Program-made: the position numbers and the translations under genes | The notes under the pieces: generated by a model | The model's input: only the letters and a program-made list of their open reading frames with translations | Databases searched by the model: none | Told to the model about the DNA's origin: nothing | Virus record (IMG/VR): IMGVR_UViG_3300032334_001259 | Location: 186,001-250,000 of that record | Length of the DNA: 64,000 bases | Direction: 5' to 3' (one strand) | Shown: one piece after another, positions 39,527-48,948 of the stretch | Layout of the letters: each line of letters starts with the position of its first letter | How positions within the stretch are numbered: position 1 is the first letter of the stretch

Positions 39527-40177
39527 ATGAGATTAGACGATTTGGCCACACGTTTAGTTGCTGTTGAAGCAAAAGTAGCAACACTAACAGGCACTACAGT
39601 TAATACAAATGCACCTACTACTACAGAAGAACTTGATGCTCGCCTTTCAGTAGTTGAAGCACAAGTTGACCACCTAATTGCTGCAAAGACCGCAGAACAC
39701 ATTGATGCTATCGTTGCAGCACCAGCAGACGCTGCACCAGTTGCAGTTGAAGATGTTGTTGCTCTCTCACCAAGTGCAGACGTTCCAGAAGCAGCAGCTA
39801 TTGTAGCTGACGTTGTTGCAGATCAACATGAAGCAGATGCTATTGTTGATAGCGAAGTAGCAGTTATTATTGCAGCCGCTGTTTCAGCAGTTGTTAGCGC
39901 AGACCCAGAAGTTGTAACTGATCCAGTTGCTATCGCTGATGCTATCTCTGCAGCAGTTGCAGATGCACCAGCACCAACAACTCCAGAAGCAGTAGAAGCA
40001 GCAGTAGCAGCAGTTGCTGATATTATTGCAACTGCAACTGGCGTTGATGAAGTAGCACCAGAAGTTGTTGCAGCGGTTTCAGAAGCAGTTGCTACACCTG
40101 CTGACCCAGCACTTGATGCAATTGAAGTACGTCTTGGTACTGTTGAAACAAAGGTTGATTCACTTTTGGGAAACTAA
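39527..40177 (+). CDS. Acidic Ala/Val/Asp/Pro-rich protein with terminal coiled-coil repeats; lone + strand gene in a - strand region
   Basis: SD sequence, biased codon use, own terminator; contains no F, W, Y or C. Confidence 0.85.
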   Translation: MRLDDLATRLVAVEAKVATLTGTTVNTNAPTTTEELDARLSVVEAQVDHLIAAKTAEHIDAIVAAPADAAPVAVEDVVALSPSADVPEAAAIVADVVADQHEADAIVDSEVAVIIAAAVSAVVSADPEVVTDPVAIADAISAAVADAPAPTTPEAVEAAVAAVADIIATATGVDEVAPEVVAAVSEAVATPADPALDAIEVRLGTVETKVDSLLGN

Positions 40178-40215
40178 TAACCAACGCTCTGCGTTGGGTT
40201 AAAAAGTTTTTTTAA
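40168..40215 (+). other. Candidate programmed -1 ribosomal frameshift signal and 13-codon extension
   Basis: In-frame G_GGA_AAC, 6-nt spacer, stem CCAACGC/GCGTTGG; -1 frame reads LITNALRWVKKFF then stop. Confidence 0.6.
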
Positions 40216-40219
40216 TACG

Positions 40220-40246
40220 AAAGAGCCACTTCGGTGGCTCTTTTTT
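40220..40246 (+). terminator. Intrinsic terminator with cUUCGg tetraloop
   Basis: AAAGAGCCAC-TTCG-GTGGCTCTTT plus further T residues, between convergent genes. Confidence 0.9.
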
Positions 40247-40658
40247 ATTCTTCACCCTGTTTGTATAGGTTTAATAGTGTTTGGTATTGTTCATAAGCAT
40301 CCTTTAATGTAGGATACTTTTCTGTAAAGTATGGGTCATCTGCAATAATCATCATCTTATCTGCAATCATCATAACAGTTTTATACAATTTATCAAGATT
40401 TATTTCATTATGATTAGTTTTAATAATTGCATCACCCTTATCTTGTGGCGTAATTTGCAATTCTTTGCTTGTTATTGCTACTGATGGAGTTATTGTATTA
40501 AAATTGTATGATGAAGATGAACCAGTAGCAAGATACATTCCACTACCACCACCGCCTCCGCCGCCTATTGTGTTTATAGTAATAGAACCAGTAGGGGCAT
40601 TAGTTGGAAGTGTATAAGTGGTTCCTGATAATGGTATTTGAGTAATATTGGTGCTCAT
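40245..40658 (-). CDS. Hypothetical protein
   Basis: Low-complexity T/G/S N-terminus; KYPTLKDAYEQY; promoter TTGACT-17-TAAATT at 40664-40692. Confidence 0.55.
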   Translation of the reverse strand: MSTNITQIPLSGTTYTLPTNAPTGSITINTIGGGGGGGSGMYLATGSSSSYNFNTITPSVAITSKELQITPQDKGDAIIKTNHNEINLDKLYKTVMMIADKMMIIADDPYFTEKYPTLKDAYEQYQTLLNLYKQGEE

Positions 40659-40694
40659 TCTTTAATTTACTAATTTACATAGCTAAAGTCAATA

Positions 40695-41825
40695 TTATTC
40701 TACTCTTCTTTCTATGTCACAAGTAATACAATGTAAACTACCTTCCCAAAAAACATCATTTGACCATTCAACATAGATTGCAGTAATACCATCGTTTTTT
40801 AAAACTGAATAAAAGTTCCTGTCATAAAACGGTAAAATTATTGTTTCTGGATTAATTGTTAAACAATTAACTTTTTTGTTATTTTTTTTAAAAAGAGGTT
40901 GCCACTTATGTAACCACAAACTTGGATCGTATTGTTCTTGCACAAAAGAAGATGGCAAGGTTTTAATCCACTCATTACTATTTTCTGGAACATATATTTT
41001 TTTAAAATAATTAGATAAAACGTTTTCTTTATTAAAAGAAATTATTGAATCAGAATTTAAAATACAAATTTCACTATCTAAATGTCCAATTGCATCAACG
41101 TAAATTAATTCAATTCCCAAAAAGTTAAGCCAATTTTTCATCCATATTTTGCCTAATTCTGTTCCACTATATTTGCTAATAAAACACTTACTATTATGTT
41201 TTAAAATAGAAGCAGTGTGAAAATAATTTTTTGAATAATTTGAAATGTTATGTTTTATTAACCACTCCAATTTATTAAATGGATCAACTTTTTTTATATT
41301 TTTAACAAAACTTTTTGCATGATTTATATTTTTTGGTGGAAAAATTCCTACCATTTTGAAATAATCATCATATGTTTTTAAAATATATTCAGGATTAATT
41401 TCTACATCTTCTTGTAAATTTACCTCAGTTGAATTGACAATTAAATTACCATCCCTTAATAAATCATCACAAATTTTTTCTAGCCACAAATGTTGATATC
41501 TACGTTCAACATAAGGTCCATACGTTGTAAAAAACATATTACCATAGACCATATAAAAATCACGCATGTTTATAAGTGGGTCATGATTTATTATTTCAAC
41601 ACAATTATAATTTAACGGTTGCTTTGGTCGTAAAACTTTAACATTTAGTTGTTCTAAAATATTTTGAAAATTATTCAGTTCACGATTTGATTGTTCAACA
41701 ATACTAACAAAATCTTCTTGTTTTTTATCATCATACCTTGAAGGAATTTTATCATTTTCAAAAACAGAACCTAATATAACAGTTTTTAAACTATCATATT
41801 CATTCCAACAGTGTATTTTGGTCAT
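40695..41825 (-). CDS. Amidinotransferase family protein (pentein fold)
   Basis: WNEYDSLKTVILG, NMRD, GHLD, GSLHCITCD. Confidence 0.8.
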   Translation of the reverse strand: MTKIHCWNEYDSLKTVILGSVFENDKIPSRYDDKKQEDFVSIVEQSNRELNNFQNILEQLNVKVLRPKQPLNYNCVEIINHDPLINMRDFYMVYGNMFFTTYGPYVERRYQHLWLEKICDDLLRDGNLIVNSTEVNLQEDVEINPEYILKTYDDYFKMVGIFPPKNINHAKSFVKNIKKVDPFNKLEWLIKHNISNYSKNYFHTASILKHNSKCFISKYSGTELGKIWMKNWLNFLGIELIYVDAIGHLDSEICILNSDSIISFNKENVLSNYFKKIYVPENSNEWIKTLPSSFVQEQYDPSLWLHKWQPLFKKNNKKVNCLTINPETIILPFYDRNFYSVLKNDGITAIYVEWSNDVFWEGSLHCITCDIERRVE

Positions 41826-41828
41826 AAA

Positions 41829-42182
41829 TTAAACGCTTTTTGGACGATTTTGACGGTCATGCTTTAATTTAGCAGCAAAGGCATCTGGGGTCAATTTATA
41901 TTTTGCAATAAAAGCATCATGTAAATCTTTTGGGTCAACTTGGAAAGCCACTGATATGTTTTGCATTAAATCATCAATGCTTGCATAATCTATTTGTTCC
42001 ATATCATCTAATTGGCTTCCAAGACGTGCAACAGCACCCATCATATTCTTACCTTCTACACCTCTTACAACAGTGTCATACTTCCAACGTGCTGCCATAA
42101 GACCACGTGCACCAGCACTTATAGGATTGCGTCCTTGAATCGTAGTGCTCATTGCTGCTTCAATAATTTCTTTAACTTTCAT
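41829..42182 (-). CDS. Putative internal head protein
   Basis: Leader MKVKEIIE-A; LHDAFIAKYKLTPD. Confidence 0.55.
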   Translation of the reverse strand: MKVKEIIEAAMSTTIQGRNPISAGARGLMAARWKYDTVVRGVEGKNMMGAVARLGSQLDDMEQIDYASIDDLMQNISVAFQVDPKDLHDAFIAKYKLTPDAFAAKLKHDRQNRPKSV

Positions 42183-43135
42183 TAGGTTGCCATAATTTTT
42201 TTAAGTAATGTGGGAGCAAATAAATTTTTAACTAATTCAGATTTGTAAATTTCAGAAGTCATTTCTTTAAATTTTTTCATTTCATCTACACCAAATTCAA
42301 AAAACCCACTGCATCTATTTTTGCTTTGCTCTACAAATTTTTCACTATCCTTAATAGTTTCTGTTCTTTCAATTAAAGCGGTTTTTTTAGCAGTTTCTTT
42401 AAATAATTTTTGATCATTTTCTGATAGTGAATTCCAAAAATCATTTGATATAACAATAGTTGTTAAAAACAAACTATGATTTGTATTTGTGATAAAAGGT
42501 GTTTTGTGTTTGACTTTATCAAATCTGACCAAAGTTGTTTCACCACCATCAAAATTAATATCTTTCATTCTTTCAAAGTGTGCGGATAAATCATCACCAT
42601 GTTCATCTAAAATCGCATTTGCTCCTAAAATATCATAAACCTTTTTTGTAATTGGGCTTTCTGAACAACTAACTGTTTTACCCTTAATATCATCTATTTT
42701 TTTTAAAGGTTGATTACTTACCATGATACGGAATCCACCGCTGTAAGTAAAAGCTAATCCTCTCATTGCAGTATTTTTACCTAATAATTCTAAAAGATTT
42801 TCTCCTATAGAACCATCAAGAACTCTGGAAGCATGGTCATGGTCTTGAAACAAAAATGGCATATCAAATATATAAAAGTTATTAAATTTTGAACCTATTG
42901 CCGTAGTTTGAAACTGTGCCATTTGAAATTTGTTGTCACGTAATGATTTATAAAAACTTGCACTATGATTATAACTAGGATTAGAAAAAAATTCTTTTCT
43001 AGTTAAAACTTCAATATTGATTCGTCCACTTGTCTCTTTTTCAATTATATTTTTAAAAGTATTTGCTGATCTTAAAAATAGATTAAGAGGTTCATGAGCA
43101 ACAACCCAACGACAATTTATTGAAGTTTCAGTCAT
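42182..43135 (-). CDS. dctP: TRAP transporter solute-binding protein (DctP-like), no signal peptide
   Basis: ETSGRINIEV, FDMPFLF, YSGGFR, FWNSLSENDQKLF; TAAATA at 43153-43158. Confidence 0.8.
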   Translation of the reverse strand: MTETSINCRWVVAHEPLNLFLRSANTFKNIIEKETSGRINIEVLTRKEFFSNPSYNHSASFYKSLRDNKFQMAQFQTTAIGSKFNNFYIFDMPFLFQDHDHASRVLDGSIGENLLELLGKNTAMRGLAFTYSGGFRIMVSNQPLKKIDDIKGKTVSCSESPITKKVYDILGANAILDEHGDDLSAHFERMKDINFDGGETTLVRFDKVKHKTPFITNTNHSLFLTTIVISNDFWNSLSENDQKLFKETAKKTALIERTETIKDSEKFVEQSKNRCSGFFEFGVDEMKKFKEMTSEIYKSELVKNLFAPTLLKKIMAT

Positions 43136-43187
43136 AGTAATTCCTTTTTACCTATTTATGAATAAAAATATGAAATTATATGTTATC

Positions 43188-43595
43188 TTAAACTTTACCA
43201 CTTGGGTCCATAATAGGCGGTAGACCTAACTTATTGGTTTTATTACCAAATTTGGCGGCTTGACGCTGTGTTTCGCCAGGTTTTATATCAACTGTCATGC
43301 TCATAGCATAACGTGGGTCTTTTGCCATCTTTTTATTGCCAGCAACTACGCCTACACCAGCAGATTCACGGTAAACTTTTTCGGCACCAACAGGGTTAAT
43401 CTTAAATCCCCACATCTTTAATTTATATAATAATTCTTCTTCATCTTGTGCAACAAAATCATATTTGTTTGTATAACCATAATAGGTTCCATTAGGACGT
43501 TTTGTTACATATGCAGTTTCGCCTGTGCGTGGGTTATCATATACAGTGGCGTAAGTTGCTTCGTCTAACTGTGAGAATAATTCGTTTAATAACAT
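43188..43595 (-). CDS. Putative internal head protein
   Basis: Start moved to ATG 43595 (TAATG overlap); leader MLLNELFSQLDE-A. Confidence 0.55.
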   Translation of the reverse strand: MLLNELFSQLDEATYATVYDNPRTGETAYVTKRPNGTYYGYTNKYDFVAQDEEELLYKLKMWGFKINPVGAEKVYRESAGVGVVAGNKKMAKDPRYAMSMTVDIKPGETQRQAAKFGNKTNKLGLPPIMDPSGKV

Positions 43596-44239
43596 TACAT
43601 TAAGTCCCATTTTTTAAGAGACCATTTTTTAACCATATCACGTGATAAATTTACTTTGGTTGATATCTCTCTTGCTGTTAAACCTTCATTTTTTAACATC
43701 TGAATAGAATCAAATTGTTCTTTCGTTAAACCACGACGAATCATCGCTCGTTTCTCTATAATTGATTTTTCCCACTTTACCCAAGGTTTTTTCTTACCTT
43801 TATGTGATTCTGATATTTTCTTTTTAGATTCTTCCGAATGAATTTTACCGTGCATTCTTGTATAATTTTTAGCAATGCCTTTTAATGCTCTACTTCTTTT
43901 TACATTTGACTCTTCTGACATAATTATGCCATTATTGCCATCGCCACCTTTTGTAGAATTATATCCATTTTTATAGGTATCAAATTTTTCTATAAGTTCT
44001 ATTTCTTTTTGTTTAGCAACTTCTGCGGAATCAACCAATTCTAATAATTCTATCTTCCACACATCAGTTCCATACTTGTTTATAGCATTGTAAAATTTTC
44101 TATTGTCACGAATTTTTATAGCATCTTTCTTATGCTGTTCAAATCTTTCAAATATGGTATTACCAGTAAAACCAATATATGATTTACCATTTACATTATT
44201 TGTAATTTTATAAACAGAATAGGTTTTTGCAATTACCAT
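43595..44239 (-). mobile_element. Free-standing GIY-YIG homing endonuclease with NUMOD3-type repeats
   Basis: SVYKITNNVNGKSYIG, RFEQH, GYNSTKGG, HSEESKKKIS. Confidence 0.85.
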
Positions 44240-45174
44240 GCACGGCAACTCCAATATCTTGCAGTTGTTCTATCTTTTGCTGTTTTGCAATTGTGTCTGG
44301 CTCTAAAAGACTTTCTGCGTTTTGGATTTGACCGCTTTATTCTCATTTTTTTGTCACCAAAATTTACTTTAATTACTTTGCCTGTTTTTGGATTTTTCAC
44401 GTACACTTTTTTCTTTTTAACATCGCCCTTCATAGGTTTGCCAAGTGGAACTTTACGACCATGATATTCTGCTTCTGCAACGAGTGATTCATGAAGTTCA
44501 TCCATAAAGAAACGAACTTCTTTGTCGCCTTTGTTAAGAACAATATCATCATCGTCTTCGTCAATATCCCAACCCATGTTGCTTAACATTTTTACGGCTT
44601 GGGCATGCTTACCTTCATCACCATGCCACCACATCTTTGCCAAACGTTTTAGAGTTTGGTGATTATCTTGCATAGAAACTACTTCACCTTCTGCTACACT
44701 ACTTTTCTGTGCGATTGCACGTTCTGCAGCTTGGTTGATGTCCTCACGACTTGCGCTATATGGGCTTACATTTAGCGTGGTGATTTCTTCGTATGCAGGC
44801 GTCATTTCATCATCGGTTTTTACAACTTTTTTAAGAAGATGATAATTTGTCTTACGAACATCATCAGACTCATGACCACTTGTTGCAATAAAATAATCAT
44901 CACGATAATGCTTTACATAATTGTTGCCACCAAAATCACGTTCTCGCCAAAGTTTTGCTTCACCAAGATATTTGGTTTCAATTGCGCCTAAACTTTCTAA
45001 TAAACCAAGTAATTTTTCATCACCAAGTAATGTAATACTTTCGTTATCCATTTCCATAATTTCAGTATCTACTTGTAGAATATTACTGAACTCAAGATAG
45101 ACACCATCACCAATGGTTGGACGATCTTCGCTTATGGCTGTAAGTTTTTCAATTAGGGAACGCATATCACTCAT
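44233..45174 (-). CDS. Putative head-packaged polyprotein with basic C-terminal domain
   Basis: Leader ending AISE; C-terminal KVNFG...SFRARHNC...ARYWSC; TAAATA at 45194-45199. Confidence 0.6.
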   Translation of the reverse strand: MSDMRSLIEKLTAISEDRPTIGDGVYLEFSNILQVDTEIMEMDNESITLLGDEKLLGLLESLGAIETKYLGEAKLWRERDFGGNNYVKHYRDDYFIATSGHESDDVRKTNYHLLKKVVKTDDEMTPAYEEITTLNVSPYSASREDINQAAERAIAQKSSVAEGEVVSMQDNHQTLKRLAKMWWHGDEGKHAQAVKMLSNMGWDIDEDDDDIVLNKGDKEVRFFMDELHESLVAEAEYHGRKVPLGKPMKGDVKKKKVYVKNPKTGKVIKVNFGDKKMRIKRSNPKRRKSFRARHNCKTAKDRTTARYWSCRAW

Positions 45175-45196
45175 GTTAAAAATCCTGATATGTTAT

Positions 45197-46147
45197 TTAT
45201 TTTGCTTTGGTGCTTACACGAATTGGTGCTTTACCTGTTCCGCCAGTATCTTTACCACCACGACCTGCTGCATTTTGTGCTTTACGTTTACGAGTAACTG
45301 CACTGCGTTTTTGTGCCGCACTCATTTTACGTGCTTTGGCTGCTGGTACACATTTTGCATAGCCACTCTTGCTGCCGCTTGTTCCGCATGGTGGATGCTT
45401 ACCGCCAACCTTCTTGCCAATATTAACCCACTTGTCTTTAAACCACTTGTGTAGATTGCCCTTGGCTTCTGGTAATACAAGATTTCCGCAATGAATACAA
45501 TAATCAACTTGTTCAAGTAGCACACTCTCGGTAATTGGATCACATGTAAGTTCTGTGCTTTCTAAGGTCATTTCCATAGCGATTTTTTTCTTATATACGT
45601 ATAGTTTGTAACCTGAAGCATCATCGCTAAAAATCTTTTTCTGTTGGACTGGATCAGTTACAGCCTTAAAACCCATCTGCTCAAAGAATTTTGCTGCCCT
45701 ATCATATAACTTGATTCTGCTTGGTTCGTTTGATTTTGCACCCATGACAATTACTTCAGTTTTAGGATGTCTTGCAATAAAGTGATTCAAACAATAGGCA
45801 ACGCCATTGAATATTTTAAAAACAGTATCTCTTTCAGTGCCAGTTGCAGCATGGGTATCAGGTCTGCTCTGCGTTTTATTTTCAAATGCCAATACATAAT
45901 AATTTTCATTATATTCTTTAAATGTGACTTCAATTTTGGTTTTATTAACGGTGAAATCATAATCAGAACCGTAATTATCTGCATACACATCAAAATTTTC
46001 TGGCGCTTTGTTTACGTCGATAAATTCTTCAATTTCTTCGCTTTCGTTCTTGACGCAGTTTGGATACTTCTTTCCAAACATTGTTTTCATGCCTTCTTTA
46101 TGATAGCCTTTCCAACATGCTTCGCCAAGAACATCTTCCATCTTCAT
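45197..46147 (-). CDS. Putative head-packaged polyprotein
   Basis: MKMEDVLGE-ACWKGY...PNCVK; central SRIKLY domain; basic LHKWF...KCVP domain. Confidence 0.6.
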   Translation of the reverse strand: MKMEDVLGEACWKGYHKEGMKTMFGKKYPNCVKNESEEIEEFIDVNKAPENFDVYADNYGSDYDFTVNKTKIEVTFKEYNENYYVLAFENKTQSRPDTHAATGTERDTVFKIFNGVAYCLNHFIARHPKTEVIVMGAKSNEPSRIKLYDRAAKFFEQMGFKAVTDPVQQKKIFSDDASGYKLYVYKKKIAMEMTLESTELTCDPITESVLLEQVDYCIHCGNLVLPEAKGNLHKWFKDKWVNIGKKVGGKHPPCGTSGSKSGYAKCVPAAKARKMSAAQKRSAVTRKRKAQNAAGRGGKDTGGTGKAPIRVSTKAK

Positions 46148-46881
46148 TTGGATTTATTTCCCCAGTTTTTAGCACCAGCCTTGCGGCACTTAACTAACGC
46201 ACCGCTTGCATAAGCACTTGGCCATACTTTATAACGGCTCTTAACTTTGTAATAACAAGCATCTTTCTTTTCATTCATAAGACTTGCTTCATACATTAAT
46301 CCACCACAATGTGGACAACTTTCTTCTACAGCTTCTAACTCATCTGTTGTATCACCAGTAACAGGATATGTCTTGCCACCAACATTGAATGATTTTTTAC
46401 CTGCTTTTATAGCATTCATTCTTGCATCAGTAAAGGCATTGGATTCTTCCATGTCATCGTGTTCAGCATTACCAATGATTTCATTATAATTGTCCATGCA
46501 AAGATAATCATGACTCTTACTCAACTCTATAAGTTTTTCAGCAACATCGTGTAAATCCATATCAGTCTTTGCATCTTCACGTGCATATTCCATGATTCTA
46601 ATAAGCAATGGAACATCCATTGTTACAGTATCTGTAGCATCTGCTTCTGGAATTACTTCAACATTTTCTTGTGGAATTACTTTTGGTTTACGAATAGCAC
46701 TACCTGGTATCATCTTGTCCATTGCAAGTTCAACACCAGCACGTTGTTTTTTGCTTTTACCAGCAGCATGACCCTTCATTAAATTAGGGTTGCGTGATAA
46801 TCGCTTTGTTACATAAGAAGTAAGAGTTTTATTGCGTAGTTCTTCTAAATCTGTCTCAACAATAATATCATTTATACGCAT
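46144..46881 (-). CDS. Putative head-packaged polyprotein
   Basis: MRINDIIVE leader; DVPLLIRIMEYAREDA; C-terminal DACYYKVK...WPSAYASGALVKC. Confidence 0.6.
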   Translation of the reverse strand: MRINDIIVETDLEELRNKTLTSYVTKRLSRNPNLMKGHAAGKSKKQRAGVELAMDKMIPGSAIRKPKVIPQENVEVIPEADATDTVTMDVPLLIRIMEYAREDAKTDMDLHDVAEKLIELSKSHDYLCMDNYNEIIGNAEHDDMEESNAFTDARMNAIKAGKKSFNVGGKTYPVTGDTTDELEAVEESCPHCGGLMYEASLMNEKKDACYYKVKSRYKVWPSAYASGALVKCRKAGAKNWGNKSK

Positions 46882-47753
46882 TAGTCACCACCTACCATTT
46901 TATCACCAGGTGGTCCACTATCTGTACCTTTCCAATAGCCAGTAAATTTTGGACCAGTTTTTTTAGATTCGTTTTTTCTACGTTTCTTTTGCTTATATGT
47001 TCCACCGAATAATGATCCAACACCATTGCGACTTATCATTCCACCTAATGGACTTGAAACAGCAGCAATACCACCTGCACTACTTGCGCCAGCACTTGCA
47101 CTTTCACCAATCACGTGAAAGCCAGCTTGTTGCTTACTTTTAACTTGTGCTTGTGGAACCATAACAGGAATACCCTGAACATTACCATTTGTATCAATTT
47201 TTGCCATCTTTACCATGCCTGGTGTTTGTGTCATACCAGGTGGCTTTTTAGGACCAAGTGTTTTTTGTGGCGTTCCTGTTGTTGTGGGCTGAACTGGCAT
47301 TTCTGCTTCTGTCATTTCACTTGGATAACGCATTTCATAATCAAGATAATCAAAAACACTTTCAATATAATCAGCTGCACGAGTTAGTTTACGTTGAACC
47401 CAACCCTCAAGTCCTTGATTTTCCCCAACATTTTTAAGCATATCATGTAACATGATAGCAAGTTTAGCTGTGCGGTAAAGTTCCTGACGTGCCATTTGAA
47501 CTTCGTGATCTGGATACTGATTATATGTTTGTGGCATAATTTCGCCAGTTGGTTGTGCTTGGCAATCACATTCATCAAGACTCTTAATAGTTTCTGGTAG
47601 TTTAATCATATAACGACCAGTTGGAAGTTTCCAAACAGTGCCGTTGAAACGTTGTAATAGTTTTTCTGCTTCATCGTAATTTACAATTACTGGCTTGCCA
47701 TTTTTAGCAAGAATTTTACCATAAACGTAAGTGTCTTTAATCTGATAATCCAT
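46881..47753 (-). CDS. Putative head/core-associated protein
   Basis: LEGWVQRKLTRAADYI helical domain; several xxE linkers; TAAATA at 47772-47777. Confidence 0.55.
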   Translation of the reverse strand: MDYQIKDTYVYGKILAKNGKPVIVNYDEAEKLLQRFNGTVWKLPTGRYMIKLPETIKSLDECDCQAQPTGEIMPQTYNQYPDHEVQMARQELYRTAKLAIMLHDMLKNVGENQGLEGWVQRKLTRAADYIESVFDYLDYEMRYPSEMTEAEMPVQPTTTGTPQKTLGPKKPPGMTQTPGMVKMAKIDTNGNVQGIPVMVPQAQVKSKQQAGFHVIGESASAGASSAGGIAAVSSPLGGMISRNGVGSLFGGTYKQKKRRKNESKKTGPKFTGYWKGTDSGPPGDKMVGGD

Positions 47754-48090
47754 TGGAAATTTCCTCTGTATTATTTATTTTACTTTCTGTAACAGTAAGG
47801 TTAAGATTTTTGATAGTAATACCATTGAAAGAATTAAATTTAATGTTATTAATATTCATTGATTTAATTTTACATTCTTTATTTTTTAAATTAATAAATT
47901 TTAACGATTTGGGTTCAAACCCTTCATTTTTTACATAAAAAATATCAACGATGCCTTGATTTTGTTGCAAAACAGGCAAACTACGTTCACTTATAAGTTG
48001 ATCTTCAAAATATATTCTATAACATATTTCTTCTTCACCATAATCATATGATTCTGGTACAATTATTAATTTAAATTCAATTTCCGCCAT
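47737..48090 (-). CDS. Hypothetical protein
   Basis: Very AT-rich; N-terminus resembles 59799..60275. Confidence 0.5.
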   Translation of the reverse strand: MAEIEFKLIIVPESYDYGEEEICYRIYFEDQLISERSLPVLQQNQGIVDIFYVKNEGFEPKSLKFINLKNKECKIKSMNINNIKFNSFNGITIKNLNLTVTESKINNTEEISNGLSD

Positions 48091-48359
48091 TATAAAACCT
48101 GTTGCAAACCTTTTAATAATTTATCTTGGTGCAACTTTGCTGTTTTACTTTTACTTTTTTTAATTTTTTGGATTTTTGCGTGAAAGCGGCGTAAATCGCT
48201 GCGAGTGAGTTTTTTATTTTTCTTTGAAAGAAATTCTATAGCTTGGCTTTTTATATTTGTGGATTGTATTTCTAAATTACTGTTTATTTGATACTCTTCC
48301 CAAAGTTGAACGATTTGTTCCCATTGTGCTTGGGAGAGAGCAGTATTGTCGTCAAGCAT
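48090..48359 (-). CDS. Basic hypothetical protein
   Basis: GAGGAG SD before ATG 48359; this start removes the overlap with the nucleotidase gene. Confidence 0.55.
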   Translation of the reverse strand: MLDDNTALSQAQWEQIVQLWEEYQINSNLEIQSTNIKSQAIEFLSKKNKKLTRSDLRRFHAKIQKIKKSKSKTAKLHQDKLLKGLQQVL

Positions 48360-48372
48360 TGTACTCTCCTCA

Positions 48373-48885
48373 TTAATTGTATCTCCCCAATTTTGCATAA
48401 CTGGAGAGTTCTCTTGCAACTTTTCCAAATTCACTGTCATTATACTTGATGCCAATGCCGCCAGCACTTTGCCAACTTGCAATGTTCTTGCCATAATCAT
48501 CTACAAGAATACAAGAATTACCACCCAATGTGGCAAACATTGCTTTATTATGTGTAAGTTCAATGTGGCGTGGTGGCATATCACTAAAGTGCATATTAAC
48601 CCAAGCAACCTTGCCTGGCGCACTACGTGGATCACCTGTTAGCGGTGAACTGCAAATATGATAACTGCCAAACTCTTTAATAACATGTCGCACTAACTGA
48701 CGAGCATGTGGAAGTAACGGTAGGTCAACCCAAAATGTAGGATGGTCACGGACCAACTGTAATTTTGCCTCTGGATTGTCTATATCTTTATAGTGGTCTT
48801 TTTTATCTAATCTGGCCCACTCACCAAAAAAATCAGCAAGAACGCCGTCCATATCAAGATAAACTCGGAATTTTTGGTATGCCAT
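48373..48885 (-). CDS. HAD-family 5'(3')-deoxyribonucleotidase (NT5C-like)
   Basis: YLDMDGVLADF, ICSSP, ILVDD; promoter TTGACA-17-TAGTAT at 48917-48945. Confidence 0.85.
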   Translation of the reverse strand: MAYQKFRVYLDMDGVLADFFGEWARLDKKDHYKDIDNPEAKLQLVRDHPTFWVDLPLLPHARQLVRHVIKEFGSYHICSSPLTGDPRSAPGKVAWVNMHFSDMPPRHIELTHNKAMFATLGGNSCILVDDYGKNIASWQSAGGIGIKYNDSEFGKVARELSSYAKLGRYN

Positions 48886-48948
48886 AGTAATATTTACCTA
48901 ATTTTGCCTATGGTTTATACTACCACGGATTTACAAATCTGTCAAGTC

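Noticed and set aside
39472-39702. 76-aa - strand ORF
   Set aside because: Antisense to the well-supported 39527..40177 gene
48360-48500. Upstream extension of ORF 48090..48500
   Set aside because: Overlaps the nucleotidase gene; a strong GAGGAG supports ATG 48359
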